A stretch of DNA of 64,000 bases from ANME-2 cluster archaeon (lineage in GTDB: Archaea > Halobacteriota > Methanosarcinia > Methanosarcinales > Methanocomedenaceae). Numbering within the stretch: the stretch's first letter is position 1; every line of letters starts with the position of its first letter. Both the position numbers and the translations under genes were made by a program. The stretch is taken from assembly GCA_019429385.1 (NCBI GenBank), contig JAHYIS010000004.1, positions 7,597 to 71,596 of the forward strand, read 5' to 3'. Below are positions 40,745 through 51,281 of the stretch, piece by piece. The notes beneath the pieces are model-generated. The model worked only from the letters and a program-made list of their open reading frames with translations. It was not told where the DNA came from and did not search any database.

Positions 40745-42103
40745 ATGACCACAGATATTAAAACAAAAGTCGCAATTGCAAAAAGTGCTTCAATTCCTCT
40801 TGCCGGCCTGCCAGGGCATGTGAAGGACATGGCTCTAAAAGCAATGGCATCGTCATTAGATTTGAACCGGGATAGTATAATCGCTGCCAACAAACAGGAC
40901 GTGGAAGCTGCTGAAAAACTTGCCGGGGAAGGAAAGCTCTCACAGGCTCTTGTGAACAGGCTTAAAGTTGATTCTATCAAAATACAGGAAATGATAAACG
41001 GCATCAATGATGTAATTACTTTCGCGGACCCTGTCGGGAAAACACTGTCTGCTCTTGAACTGGATAAAGGTCTTGAACTATTTCAGGTAAGCTGTCCAAT
41101 CGGCCTGATAGGGGTTATCTTTGAATCGCGCCCCGATGTCATCCCACAGATAATGTCGCTGTGCCTCAAAAGCGGAAATGCCACCATTTTCAAAGGCGGA
41201 AGCGAAGCAGCCCGTTCCAATAGAACGATATTTGACGTGCTGGTGAAGGCTATTGAAAGCATCGAAGAGATGCCCAAAGGAGCATTTGCCCTTATGGAAA
41301 CAAGGGAAGAGGTACATCAGATCCTGAAACTTGACGGTTACCTGAGCCTTCTCATTCCCAGAGGCTCCAACGAGTTCGTGAAGTATATCCAGGACAATAC
41401 ACGGATCCCGGTACTGGGTCATGCTGATGGTATCTGCCATGTATATGTGGACAACGAAGCAGACATCTCAAAAGCGTATGATGTATGTTATGATTCAAAG
41501 GTACAGTACCCTGCAGTCTGCAATGCTATGGAAACCCTTCTTGTGCACAGGGATATCGCACAGGTATTCCTGCCTGAAATGGCGAGGAGATTCAATGATG
41601 CCGGAGTTGAACTTCGCTGTTGTGACCGTTCATTCGAACTCCTGAAGGGGTTGGGATTTTTCAAAGCTGTGCTGCATGCTACTGAAACGGACTGGAGCAC
41701 TGAGTATAATGACCTGGTCCTTTCTATCAAAGTCGTGGATTCACTGGATGATGCCATCCACCATATTAACAGGTACGGGTCACACCACACTGATGCAATA
41801 ATAACTGAGAAGGGCAAGAATGCTGAAACATTCATGGAACGCGTGGATTCATCAAGCGTAATGTGGAATGCTTCCACCCGTTTTGCAGATGGTTTCAGGT
41901 ACGGGAAAGGTGCAGAGGTGGGTATCAGTACGAACAAGATACATGCGCGAGGACCGGTAGGAATGGAAGGATTGTTGATCTATAAATATATCCTTATAGG
42001 GAACGGGGACAGGGTAGCGGACTATACCGGGAAGAATGCCAGGAAGTTCACCCACCAAAAATTGAATACCGGTCTTGCTGATACAATGAAGGGAAAGAGA
42101 TGA
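40745..42103 (+). CDS. proA: Gamma-glutamyl phosphate reductase
   Basis: IFESRP, KGGSEA, PRG, CNAMETLL, NASTRFADG, AEVGISTNKIHARGP. Confidence 0.97.
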   Translation: MTTDIKTKVAIAKSASIPLAGLPGHVKDMALKAMASSLDLNRDSIIAANKQDVEAAEKLAGEGKLSQALVNRLKVDSIKIQEMINGINDVITFADPVGKTLSALELDKGLELFQVSCPIGLIGVIFESRPDVIPQIMSLCLKSGNATIFKGGSEAARSNRTIFDVLVKAIESIEEMPKGAFALMETREEVHQILKLDGYLSLLIPRGSNEFVKYIQDNTRIPVLGHADGICHVYVDNEADISKAYDVCYDSKVQYPAVCNAMETLLVHRDIAQVFLPEMARRFNDAGVELRCCDRSFELLKGLGFFKAVLHATETDWSTEYNDLVLSIKVVDSLDDAIHHINRYGSHHTDAIITEKGKNAETFMERVDSSSVMWNASTRFADGFRYGKGAEVGISTNKIHARGPVGMEGLLIYKYILIGNGDRVADYTGKNARKFTHQKLNTGLADTMKGKR

Positions 42104-42104
42104 T

Positions 42105-43235
42105 ATGACATCTATTGACAGAGCGGACCTTTTCAGGGACATTAACAGGATAGTTATTAAGATAGGCACTTCATCCCTGTCCAATGAGGACGGCAGTTTC
42201 AATACACAGTTGACCGAGAACATTGCATCGCAGGTGGCAAAACTCCAGGAACAGGGAAAAACCGTTATCATTGTAAGTTCCGGAGCCATCGGGATAGGGG
42301 TTGACCTGCTTAAATTGAAAACGCGTCCGCGGGAAATTCCCATTCGGCAGGCAGCCGCCGCAGTCGGGCAAAATGTCCTTATGCGGGAATGGCGCACAGC
42401 GTTTGAAAAATTCGGTATTAATGTTGCCCAGATGCTCCTGACCTATGAAAATTTCTCGAACAGGTTGACCTACCTGAACCTCCGCAACAGTATTAACGAA
42501 CTCCTGGAGTTTGGCGTGGTCCCCATCATAAATGAGAATGACCCTGTCTGTGTCCACGAGATAGAAGCAACGTTCGGTGACAATGACAAACTGTCTGCAA
42601 TGGTGGCAAGCAAGGTTGAAGCGGGACTTTTGATAATGCTGTCGGATATTGATGGGCTGTATGATAAGAATCCCAAAAAGAACGGGAATGCAAAACTCAT
42701 CAGTACCATTGAAAAGATAACTCCTGAAATTGAGAAATGTGCCGGTAGTCCTACAAGCATGAAAGGCGTCGGCGGGATGAGGACCAAGATCGAAGCTGCC
42801 AGGATTGCCTGCATGGCTGGCTGTCATATGGTGATAGCGAACAGTAATGAGGAAAATGCTATCCAGAGAATTATAGCTGGTGGGGAGATAGGGACCTTGT
42901 TCCTTGCCCCGAACGGCAAATACCGGAACAGGACGCGCTGGATCATCCTGTCAAGAGCGGCTGGAAAGCTCATTGTGGATACAGGCGCACAAAATGCCAT
43001 TCAACAGAAAAGAGGGTTGTTACCATCTGGTATCCTTGAGGTGTCCGGGATTTTTGACAGGGGTGATATCATCGAGATCGAATGCGATGGGACGGTATTT
43101 GCAAAGGGTATTACTGATTATACCTCCCAGGAGCTTGGCAGGATAAAGGGAAAGCATTCTGGTGCCATCGAGGAAGTGCTTGGATACAAGAATTATGATG
43201 AGGTAATTCGAAAAACGAATCTGGGATTATTATAA
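42105..43235 (+). CDS. proB: Glutamate 5-kinase with PUA domain
   Basis: KIGTSSL, SSGAI, QAAAAVGQ, PIINEND, FGDNDKLSA, GGMRTK. Confidence 0.97.
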   Translation: MTSIDRADLFRDINRIVIKIGTSSLSNEDGSFNTQLTENIASQVAKLQEQGKTVIIVSSGAIGIGVDLLKLKTRPREIPIRQAAAAVGQNVLMREWRTAFEKFGINVAQMLLTYENFSNRLTYLNLRNSINELLEFGVVPIINENDPVCVHEIEATFGDNDKLSAMVASKVEAGLLIMLSDIDGLYDKNPKKNGNAKLISTIEKITPEIEKCAGSPTSMKGVGGMRTKIEAARIACMAGCHMVIANSNEENAIQRIIAGGEIGTLFLAPNGKYRNRTRWIILSRAAGKLIVDTGAQNAIQQKRGLLPSGILEVSGIFDRGDIIEIECDGTVFAKGITDYTSQELGRIKGKHSGAIEEVLGYKNYDEVIRKTNLGLL

Positions 43236-43314
43236 GCCACATACCTTAATGACTTTCGTTTTTTCTTGATTAGTTATCGTACTTTACTCTCGTTTCTCTT
43301 TTCTTGAATAGTTA

Positions 43315-43428
43315 GAGCCCTGACGCTGGAGTGTCCTTAAGCCATCCGGACACCAACAAATATTTGCCTGTCCACGTATTCAGCCCGACGGGCTGTATAC
43401 GTTTGCGGCTCGCTACTGGCCTGAGTAG
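43315..43428. ncRNA. Candidate structured RNA element 3' of tRNA-Ile
   Basis: GC-rich island with four predicted helices in an otherwise AT-rich intergenic region; family and strand unknown. Confidence 0.35.
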
Positions 43429-43439
43429 GAGTAATAGCA

Positions 43440-43513
43440 TGGGCCCACGGCGATTTGAACGCCGGACCTCACGGTTATCAGCCGTGCGCACCACCTGGCT
43501 ATGCTATGGGCCC
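43440..43513 (-). tRNA. tRNA-Ile (GAT)
   Basis: GGGCCCA acceptor stem, anticodon arm CACGG-CTGATAA-CCGTG, T-loop GTTCAAA; no intron; CCA not encoded. Confidence 0.96.
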
Positions 43514-43803
43514 TTGGTAAAATTGGTTGCTGCGTGGTGCTTGCAACGACTTTTCTGATGTCCGGCTTTGTATTTTAATGTTTTGATTGAAGAGGAACAA
43601 TAAATTATTTACCCTCGATGGCAACCCGCAGTACTGCTGCAGTATTCTCTTGTCAAGTATCAGGTATGGATCATATATTGTGTATATGGCGTAATTTGGA
43701 TTTTTACACAGATATATACATTTATATTTCATTACGGTAATGCTTTGTCCTATCAAAGTGATGACCAAAGATGGCATAGTATCTGCCAAAATGGTATACA
43801 ATC

Positions 43804-45387
43804 ATGGAAATTTGTAATGAGGAGATATGTTTGGGTTCTAAAATGAAACAACAGAAATCAAAACGATCGAAAGCAGAAGCGCAGAAGGTTCGATCAAATT
43901 CCTTTTTTAGCAACAATGAAATGTTACTTTTTATAAGGAAGAATTCAGGTTCCATCTCATTCTCATTGATACTTCTGCTAGCAATTATCCTACGATTGTA
44001 TCATCTCGGTCATGAATCAATTTGGATGGATGAAGCCTTTAGTATCAATATGGCCTCCAATAGCATATCTCACATCATAGAAACGTACGGGAACGATGTC
44101 CATCCTCCCTTTTATTATGTACTATTGCATTTCGTAATGCTGTTTGGCAATTCAGAATTCATGGTCAGGATGCCATCTGCCATATTCGGTATACTTACTA
44201 TTCCTTTACTATATATAACGGGTAAAAAATTCTTTACCTTTAGAGAAGGATTGATAAGTGCATTCCTCCTGTCGATTTCATATTATCATATTTATTATTC
44301 CCAGGAAGCGCGAATGTATACACTACTTACATTTTCTTTTCTAGCTTCATTTTATTGTTTCTATCGGGCATGTGAGCATAAAAATAATCTTATCTTTTTT
44401 ATTGGTTATATTTTATTTACATTAATGAGCATTTATACCCATTATTTTGGTTTTTTTATTCTGCCTATCACGATATTGTACATTCTCACATCAAAGGTTT
44501 TATTTAAAAAAATTACCCTTGATATAAAAAGCCTGCACAGAATGTTACTCAGTTGTATCGTTATCACGGTATCAGTAATCCCTCTTGTTCTTATTTTTTT
44601 TAATCAGATCAACAATAAAGTAGGAGGGGAAGTGGCCTGGGGTACCAGTCCGGCTAATCTGTTCATAAAATTATTAGTACGTTTCAGTACCCTTGCCCCC
44701 TCTACCTCCCTCTTGTTTTCATTATTATTTGTTCTTGGTGCCTTGATATCTTTGAAAAATAACAAGAACCAATTCATCCTCATGGGAATATGGTTCGCAC
44801 TTCCTATTGTAGTAAGTTATTATCTGGCCTCCATAATGCCTTTTGAGACCAGATATCTGATCATCTTATTACCTGCTTTCCTTCTCTTTATTGCAAGGGG
44901 GATTACTGGTACGACAGAATATCTGTTCCCTATAAGGCAGGAAAAAAGAATAAAGTCCACTACAGGGAACGTAGAGAACAATCGAAATGTCTTTATTATT
45001 CTTATCCTGCTTTTGTTTAGCTTGGTAAGCTATGGCCCCCTCCATGAATACTATTCCGACAACCTGAAACCTGACTGGAGAGATGCAGCATCGTTCCTTG
45101 AACACAACACAAATGATGGAGATGTTGTAATTCCACTTCCGGGTTCTGAAACTGGTGCCATGGCATATTATTATGACAATTCTTCGTATGGGACATATAT
45201 TGAGGTCATACCAGGCACCATTGATGCACTGGAAGATATCATCGCAACCAACAGGACCTATACGGTATGGATTGTCATGTCAACAGATATCCAGGTAGTC
45301 GACCCTGGAGGTGAAGTAGTGAGATGGCTCGTGAATAATGCAAATCTGGAAAAAACCGATCCTATGATCTTGATATTCTCTGCATAA
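43804..45387 (+). CDS. GT-C glycosyltransferase (GT39/ArnT-like)
   Basis: LRLYHLG.ESIWMDE, HPPFYY, RMPSAIFG, YSQEARMY, KPDWR. Confidence 0.88.
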   Translation: MEICNEEICLGSKMKQQKSKRSKAEAQKVRSNSFFSNNEMLLFIRKNSGSISFSLILLLAIILRLYHLGHESIWMDEAFSINMASNSISHIIETYGNDVHPPFYYVLLHFVMLFGNSEFMVRMPSAIFGILTIPLLYITGKKFFTFREGLISAFLLSISYYHIYYSQEARMYTLLTFSFLASFYCFYRACEHKNNLIFFIGYILFTLMSIYTHYFGFFILPITILYILTSKVLFKKITLDIKSLHRMLLSCIVITVSVIPLVLIFFNQINNKVGGEVAWGTSPANLFIKLLVRFSTLAPSTSLLFSLLFVLGALISLKNNKNQFILMGIWFALPIVVSYYLASIMPFETRYLIILLPAFLLFIARGITGTTEYLFPIRQEKRIKSTTGNVENNRNVFIILILLLFSLVSYGPLHEYYSDNLKPDWRDAASFLEHNTNDGDVVIPLPGSETGAMAYYYDNSSYGTYIEVIPGTIDALEDIIATNRTYTVWIVMSTDIQVVDPGGEVVRWLVNNANLEKTDPMILIFSA

Positions 45388-45476
45388 GGTAATGATTTAA
45401 AGAGAAAGGTCGAAAACCACAGAATATTTCACAATAATTTGAAGTGTTTAAAAACGAACTACAGAAAATAGTATAA

Positions 45477-45496
45477 GCTGCGGTCTATACCGCAGC
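45477..45496. terminator. Perfect hairpin between convergent genes
   Basis: GCTGCGGT-ctat-ACCGCAGC. Confidence 0.5.
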
Positions 45497-45539
45497 CCTG
45501 ATATATTTCCAGAAAAATTACGAACCCTGTTTATTGAGT

Positions 45540-46115
45540 TTATTGTTTTCCTTCGATGGCAGTCAGCAGCACCGCAGCGGCAATACCAAGTCTTCTGTCA
45601 AGCAAGTTGCCGGTATCAGGGGAAAAATCCAGGTTGATCTTCATCACAAATGGATTAAAATTCTGCTTGAATGTACACACCAGTGAATCCCCCATATATC
45701 CATGATATGTTTGGGGGATGATGCTTGTTATAAACCGCCTGAACAGGGCAAAGAATGTGCTGTCTTCCTTTATACGGCCAATCTCCTGGTCACTGGCATC
45801 CATGAGAATCCACTCGTCTTTCATTATGGATTTGAAACCTTTCCGCTTTAATACACCCACTTTCTCATTTGTCGTGGGGTCCGACACATCGTATGCTGCT
45901 GAAAAATCCAGGATCTTCCTGGCCTGGATGACCAGGACCTCTTCCTGCATGTCTTCACCGGTATACACACGAATATCTTCCTTCATCTTGAAGGCTTTCA
46001 ACTTTGAATAGAAAACAACATTTCCGGCAGGGTCATAGATATGAAATGCTGCACCGAATAGTTTCAGTATTTTCCGGCGGACGAGGTATGTTGAGTGTTC
46101 AAATCGTTCTGTCAT
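45540..46115 (-). CDS. LURP-one/scramblase-like (tubby C-terminal fold) protein
   Basis: KAFKMKEDIRVY, DFSAAYDV.D, LDRRLGIAAAVLL. Confidence 0.7.
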   Translation of the reverse strand: MTERFEHSTYLVRRKILKLFGAAFHIYDPAGNVVFYSKLKAFKMKEDIRVYTGEDMQEEVLVIQARKILDFSAAYDVSDPTTNEKVGVLKRKGFKSIMKDEWILMDASDQEIGRIKEDSTFFALFRRFITSIIPQTYHGYMGDSLVCTFKQNFNPFVMKINLDFSPDTGNLLDRRLGIAAAVLLTAIEGKQ

Positions 46116-46284
46116 TTTTCATCACCTATTATTTTTCAGAATGAAGTCTCCTGACAATATCTGAAAATGGATCGTAGCAGGAACATAGTGTATAATGTTC
46201 CTCTTCTAAAATAAATATATTTCTGTTGAATGTGATAGTTATAAAGTCCAGCACGTGTTGATCTAATATATGCTCTAACATGCC

Positions 46285-47625
46285 CTACTTGAACAGTGCT
46301 TCAACTTCAGAAACAATTTCCAATCTTGTGAAGACAATTACCATATCCCCCGGATGAATATGGGTATCACCATCAGGAACAATAATAGTATCCCCGTGTA
46401 CCACCGTGCTTACGATAGCGCCTTTCGGGAATTTGACATTTTTCAGTGGTGTCTTAACGATCTTTGAACCTTCTTTGGCAGTCAGTTCAAGTATTTCTGC
46501 TTTTTCACCTTCAATTGAGGTTATGGATTGAATACCCGTTTTGCGCAGTGTGGTCTTGAGCACCTCATTGACCGTAGCTTCCCTGGAACTCATTGCCACA
46601 TCCACACCTACCATCTCGAACAACTGGGTATATTCTGTCCTTTCAACACGGGCCATTACCTTTTTCGCACCCAATTGCCTGGCAAGCAGGGAGCACAGCA
46701 AGTTCTTTTCATCGCTATTCGTAACTGATACCACTGCATCCATACCCGGAACATTTACTTCGCTCAGAATATTTATATTAGTACCGTCACCGTTTATGAC
46801 CGTGGTATTGGGAAGTGATTCAGCGACCATCTCACATCGTTTCAGGTCCTTCTCCACCAGCGTAATATTAAAGTTCTTTTTCCGCATGAGTTCAATCAGG
46901 TAAAAACCAACAGTACCGCCCCCCACTATCAGTACCTTATTGCTCTGGTTACTGACCTCGAACCATTTCCTGATATCCTGGATGGCTTCTTCCCTGCCAA
47001 TTATCACCACCCTGTCACCAGAGTGGATGATGTCGTTCCCGCCCGGAATGATAACATCAGTATCCCTGAAAATTGCGGATATCATGCTGCACTGCGGAAA
47101 TTCAATGTCTTTGAGCGCCTTATCCACCAGTACGTTCCCATTTTCCACTTTGAACTCGATCATCTTGACAAGTCCGCTGACAAAGTCCTGGACATCAACA
47201 GCAGAAGGTACTGACAATATCTGGTACATTTCATAAGCAAGGGAAAGTTCAGGACATATCATGATGTTCATGCCGACATTTTCACGCATTGTCACAGGTT
47301 CATCGATATAATCAGGGTTACTTACCATAGCAATGGTCTTGGTCCCGTTTCTGGTCAGCAGTTTGGCAGCCATGCAAGCCACGATATTGAGTTCGTCGTG
47401 ACCGGTCACTGCTACTACCAGGTCTGATGTTTCAATCTTTGCTTTTTTTAATACCTTTACATTGGCACCATTACCCTGGATGACCTGTACATCAAGGTCC
47501 TGTGCCTGCTGCATGGCCTCCTCTTCCTTTTCGATAATAACTACTTCATGGTCATGATAAAGTGCTTTCGCAAGATGATAACCAACATCACCGGCACCAA
47601 TGATTATTATATGCAAATAGGTCAC
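46285..47625 (-). CDS. trkA: Trk potassium uptake regulatory subunit
   Basis: Two RCK units with GAGDVG and GGGTVG Rossmann motifs. Confidence 0.95.
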   Translation of the reverse strand: MTYLHIIIIGAGDVGYHLAKALYHDHEVVIIEKEEEAMQQAQDLDVQVIQGNGANVKVLKKAKIETSDLVVAVTGHDELNIVACMAAKLLTRNGTKTIAMVSNPDYIDEPVTMRENVGMNIMICPELSLAYEMYQILSVPSAVDVQDFVSGLVKMIEFKVENGNVLVDKALKDIEFPQCSMISAIFRDTDVIIPGGNDIIHSGDRVVIIGREEAIQDIRKWFEVSNQSNKVLIVGGGTVGFYLIELMRKKNFNITLVEKDLKRCEMVAESLPNTTVINGDGTNINILSEVNVPGMDAVVSVTNSDEKNLLCSLLARQLGAKKVMARVERTEYTQLFEMVGVDVAMSSREATVNEVLKTTLRKTGIQSITSIEGEKAEILELTAKEGSKIVKTPLKNVKFPKGAIVSTVVHGDTIIVPDGDTHIHPGDMVIVFTRLEIVSEVEALFK

Positions 47626-47749
47626 CTAAACGTATCGTGGAATAATCAGTAAATTAATAAGAAGCCTAAAATACTCATACTATGTTAAAAGCTTATCCAT
47701 TTCGAAATTCTCAATGGTATTCCCAAATGAATGGTGATACCCCCAAATT

Positions 47750-49939
47750 CTATTGAAAATGGAGGATATTCTGCTGTCCTGTACCTTTTTCTTCCGGTTG
47801 GTCCATAGTATCCGGCTTCTGTTCAACATGAATCCCAAGCTGCCTGAGGGTATTTTTGGCAATCTTGGGACCCAGTATTTTTTCCAGTTTATCGAACCCT
47901 GCATTGCGAATGGCATCCAGGTCATGATATCCCGCATTGAACAGTTTCCTTGCCCGAACGCGCCCGATATCCCTGAGCTTGATAATGGGCAGCAGTTCCT
48001 TTGCAGCCCCATACGAAATACGCTCTACCAGTTCCTGCGCAAGCCCGGTATATTCGCTGCCAAGGTAACCAGCTATGCGCGCTAACGAGTGCATCAGCCA
48101 CCGGGCAGTATCGGCCTGAGCCCTGATATCGCCGGGACCGATATTGAACCTTGATGTGATATCATCCTCCCCTGTTTCAGATATCCAGTCCCGTAATACC
48201 AGTGCAGTTTTCACATCTGACAGGAACCATTCATAATCCCTGCTCTCCTGCCCTGCCAGTTGCACGAACTCATCACAGTGTTCTGATACTTTATCGTTCA
48301 GCCATCCATAATCCCCTGACCTGAGGAATAGTGAATGCATATCAGGTGTGCTGGATATAAGGTGCAGCATGGTAAGGTCAGTGGTTCTTACAGCAGCAAG
48401 ACGCCCGAGCCCATCCAGCATGATACTTGCAGATAGCGGGTCGATATACAGTTTCGAGACCAGTTCTCCCAGTTCGGTAGGGAACAGCTCCTCGTTATCC
48501 AGCAGCATCCTGTTCTCATCGAGAAAACCTATAACCTCATCCACCACTGCAGCAAGTTTCCAGGTCTCCTGCTGATGGGCATAGAATGTAAGGCCCAGGA
48601 AATCCATCAGTTCATCCCTGCTGCCCACAAGCCTGGTGGATACGGCCGAGAGTATGTGGGTGCGCAGGGCATTTTCCGAACCCAGTTTCGACCATATGTC
48701 CTCTGCATCACTGAGGATATACTGGTCCTTGAGTTCCTGCAGTTCTTCAAATGACTTTGCTATCAGTACCGATTCCCCGTACGGGTCCAGTTGTGGTCTT
48801 CCTGCCCGTCCTGCCATCTGCTTGTATTCCAGCACAGGTATCGGTACCATCCCGTAGTTGGGGTCATACCGTCTGTATCCCCGGATTATTACCCGCCTGG
48901 CAGGCAGGTTCAGTCCTGCTGCAAGGGTGGGGGTACTGGATAGGACTTTTATCAAATTGTTCCTGAAACCCGCCTCGACAAGTTTCCTCTGCTCAGATGT
49001 CAGTCCTGCATGATGGAATGCCGCCCCGCCTCTGATACACCTGTTCAGTCTGGTTGCTGTTTCGGTTTCGCCGGTACCTGATACACTCTCAGCCAGGTCG
49101 TTCAGTTCAGAAAGAGTTTTAGCATCATGTTTTTTTGCCAGCACCTGCCCCAACCGCCTGGCACTTGCTTCAGCATTGCGGCGGCTGCTCTCAAAGACAA
49201 GACATTGCCCGCCTTCCTGCAAGGTATCTGATACCAGGTCCACCAACTCGTCCCCATACGGTGACTCCACAGCACGCTGGCCTTGTATGAAATTGATAGC
49301 ACTGCCGAAGAATACACCTTCCCGCAGATCTACCGGACGCCAGTCACTCTCCACCAGCTCTGCATCCAGCCACTCAGCCATATCCTTTGAATTGCCAACC
49401 GTGGCTGACAACCCTATGACCTGGGCATCCGGGTTCGTCTGCATTAGTCTTGCTATTGTCACTTCAAGCGTGGGCCCCCTGTCAACAGAATCCAGCAGAT
49501 GTATCTCGTCAACCACAATTACCGTGAGCTCCTTAATCCAGGATGCACCGTTGCGTATCAGTGAATCGGTCTTCTCGGAGGTTGCTACGATGATATCCTT
49601 TTTCCCTAACCATTCGTCCCTGGAATCCAGGTCACCTGATGATATTCCTGCTTCCACGCCCAGAACATGGAATTCCCTGAACCGTTCATATTTCTCTGAC
49701 GCCAGGGCTCGCAGGGGGACGATATACAGGCATTTACCCCCTTTCATGACCGAGGTCAGCATTGCCAGCTCTGCAAGCATGGTCTTACCCGAAGCTGTGG
49801 GTACGGCAGCCAGGATGTTCTTCCCGTCCAGCAGTCCCGCTTCGATGGCAGCAACCTGGGGAGGATAGAGTTCGGTTATTCCTGAGTCGATATAGAATGA
49901 TGATAATGTACCGGGAATGTTCATTTCAGAGATTTTCAT
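47750..49939 (-). CDS. hel308: Ski2-like DNA helicase Hel308
   Basis: PTASGKT, DEIH, SAT, FHHAGL, TLAAGLNLPA, QMAGRAGRP, HhH region; C-terminal QQNILHF PIP-like motif. Confidence 0.95.
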   Translation of the reverse strand: MKISEMNIPGTLSSFYIDSGITELYPPQVAAIEAGLLDGKNILAAVPTASGKTMLAELAMLTSVMKGGKCLYIVPLRALASEKYERFREFHVLGVEAGISSGDLDSRDEWLGKKDIIVATSEKTDSLIRNGASWIKELTVIVVDEIHLLDSVDRGPTLEVTIARLMQTNPDAQVIGLSATVGNSKDMAEWLDAELVESDWRPVDLREGVFFGSAINFIQGQRAVESPYGDELVDLVSDTLQEGGQCLVFESSRRNAEASARRLGQVLAKKHDAKTLSELNDLAESVSGTGETETATRLNRCIRGGAAFHHAGLTSEQRKLVEAGFRNNLIKVLSSTPTLAAGLNLPARRVIIRGYRRYDPNYGMVPIPVLEYKQMAGRAGRPQLDPYGESVLIAKSFEELQELKDQYILSDAEDIWSKLGSENALRTHILSAVSTRLVGSRDELMDFLGLTFYAHQQETWKLAAVVDEVIGFLDENRMLLDNEELFPTELGELVSKLYIDPLSASIMLDGLGRLAAVRTTDLTMLHLISSTPDMHSLFLRSGDYGWLNDKVSEHCDEFVQLAGQESRDYEWFLSDVKTALVLRDWISETGEDDITSRFNIGPGDIRAQADTARWLMHSLARIAGYLGSEYTGLAQELVERISYGAAKELLPIIKLRDIGRVRARKLFNAGYHDLDAIRNAGFDKLEKILGPKIAKNTLRQLGIHVEQKPDTMDQPEEKGTGQQNILHFQ

Positions 49940-50032
49940 GGACAGTGCATCTTAAAAGTTTAAATAGGTATAAAGACATTTTGCAGTCCGACAATAACAA
50001 TCTGGTTTTTACTATTATTAAAGGTGATACTA

Positions 50033-51190
50033 ATGTACTCGGAACGAATCAATAACCTGCCCCCCTATCTTTTTGCAGCCATAGATAAAGCAAAGTCCAG
50101 GGTCCGTGAAAAAGGCGTCGATGTGATCGACCTTGGTGTTGGCGACCCCGATATGCCCACACCTGGTAATATTGTCGAGGCTCTTTGCCGTTCTGCCAAA
50201 AACCCCGACAGGCAAAAATATCCTTCATATATTGGTATGCTGTCCTTCAGGCAAGCCGCAGCAAAGTGGTACAGGGAACACCTCGGTGTTGAACTGGACC
50301 CTGTCTCCCAGGTGCTGGCACTTATCGGCTCAAAAGAAGGCATCGCCCATATCCCCCTGGCCTTTTTGAATCCTGGCGATGTGGCACTCATACCAGACCC
50401 CGCCTATCCTGTTTATAAGATAGGTACGCTGTTTGCGGACGGTAAGCCATATATCATGCCCTTGCTGGAAGAAAACGACTTTTTACCAGACCTCGATGCA
50501 ATTCCCCGGGATGTAGCAAAACAGGCAAAACTTATGTTCCTGAATTATCCCAACAATCCTACATCTGCCATTGCACCTGAACATTTCTATGAAGAGGTCG
50601 TAGAATTCGCAAAAGAGAATGATGTAATCGTTATTCTCGATAATGCGTACAGTGAAATGACATTTGACGGTTACAAGGCACCCAGTTTCCTGAAGGTCGA
50701 TGGTGCTATGGACGTGGGTATTGAGCTGCATTCCCTTTCAAAGACCTATAATATGACAGGCTGGAGGATTGGATTTGCCGTGGGGAATGCAGATATCCTG
50801 GATGGTCTGGGTAAGGTCAAGACCAATGTAGATTCAGGCGCCTTTGAGGCCGTGCAGGAAGCAGGTATCGAGGCTATGCTCGGGCCCCAGCATTTTATCC
50901 GTGACATGAACAAGATATATACCCAGCGGCGGGATGCCCTGATGGTAGGGCTCAAGGATCTGGGTATTGATTTCCGGCCACCCAAGGCTACATTCTATGT
51001 GTGGGCACCTGTACCTGAAGGACACGATTCCATGGGATTTGCAAAAATACTGCTTGAGGAGGCAGGTATCGTAGCCACTCCGGGTGTTGGATTTGGCGAT
51101 TATGGTGAAGGATATGTCCGTTTCGCCCTGACCAGGTCTGTGGAGCGTATCAATGAAGCTGTAAGCCGCATGGGAAAATTGAAAATCTGA
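50033..51190 (+). CDS. dapL: LL-diaminopimelate aminotransferase
   Basis: LPPYLFA, DLGVGDPD, GSKEGIAH, NYPNNPT, SLSKTYNMTGWRIG; AGGTGA RBS before ATG 50033. Confidence 0.9.
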   Translation: MYSERINNLPPYLFAAIDKAKSRVREKGVDVIDLGVGDPDMPTPGNIVEALCRSAKNPDRQKYPSYIGMLSFRQAAAKWYREHLGVELDPVSQVLALIGSKEGIAHIPLAFLNPGDVALIPDPAYPVYKIGTLFADGKPYIMPLLEENDFLPDLDAIPRDVAKQAKLMFLNYPNNPTSAIAPEHFYEEVVEFAKENDVIVILDNAYSEMTFDGYKAPSFLKVDGAMDVGIELHSLSKTYNMTGWRIGFAVGNADILDGLGKVKTNVDSGAFEAVQEAGIEAMLGPQHFIRDMNKIYTQRRDALMVGLKDLGIDFRPPKATFYVWAPVPEGHDSMGFAKILLEEAGIVATPGVGFGDYGEGYVRFALTRSVERINEAVSRMGKLKI

Positions 51191-51281
51191 AACGGTTCAT
51201 ATAGTATATAAGCTTCAAAGAACATCAGTTATACAGAAAGTTAAATAAGACGTTACATACAATAAATATTAGGGGTTTGTT

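Noticed and set aside
43440..43513. tRNA as attachment site of an integrated element
   Set aside because: No integrase and no duplicated tRNA 3' end seen in the window.
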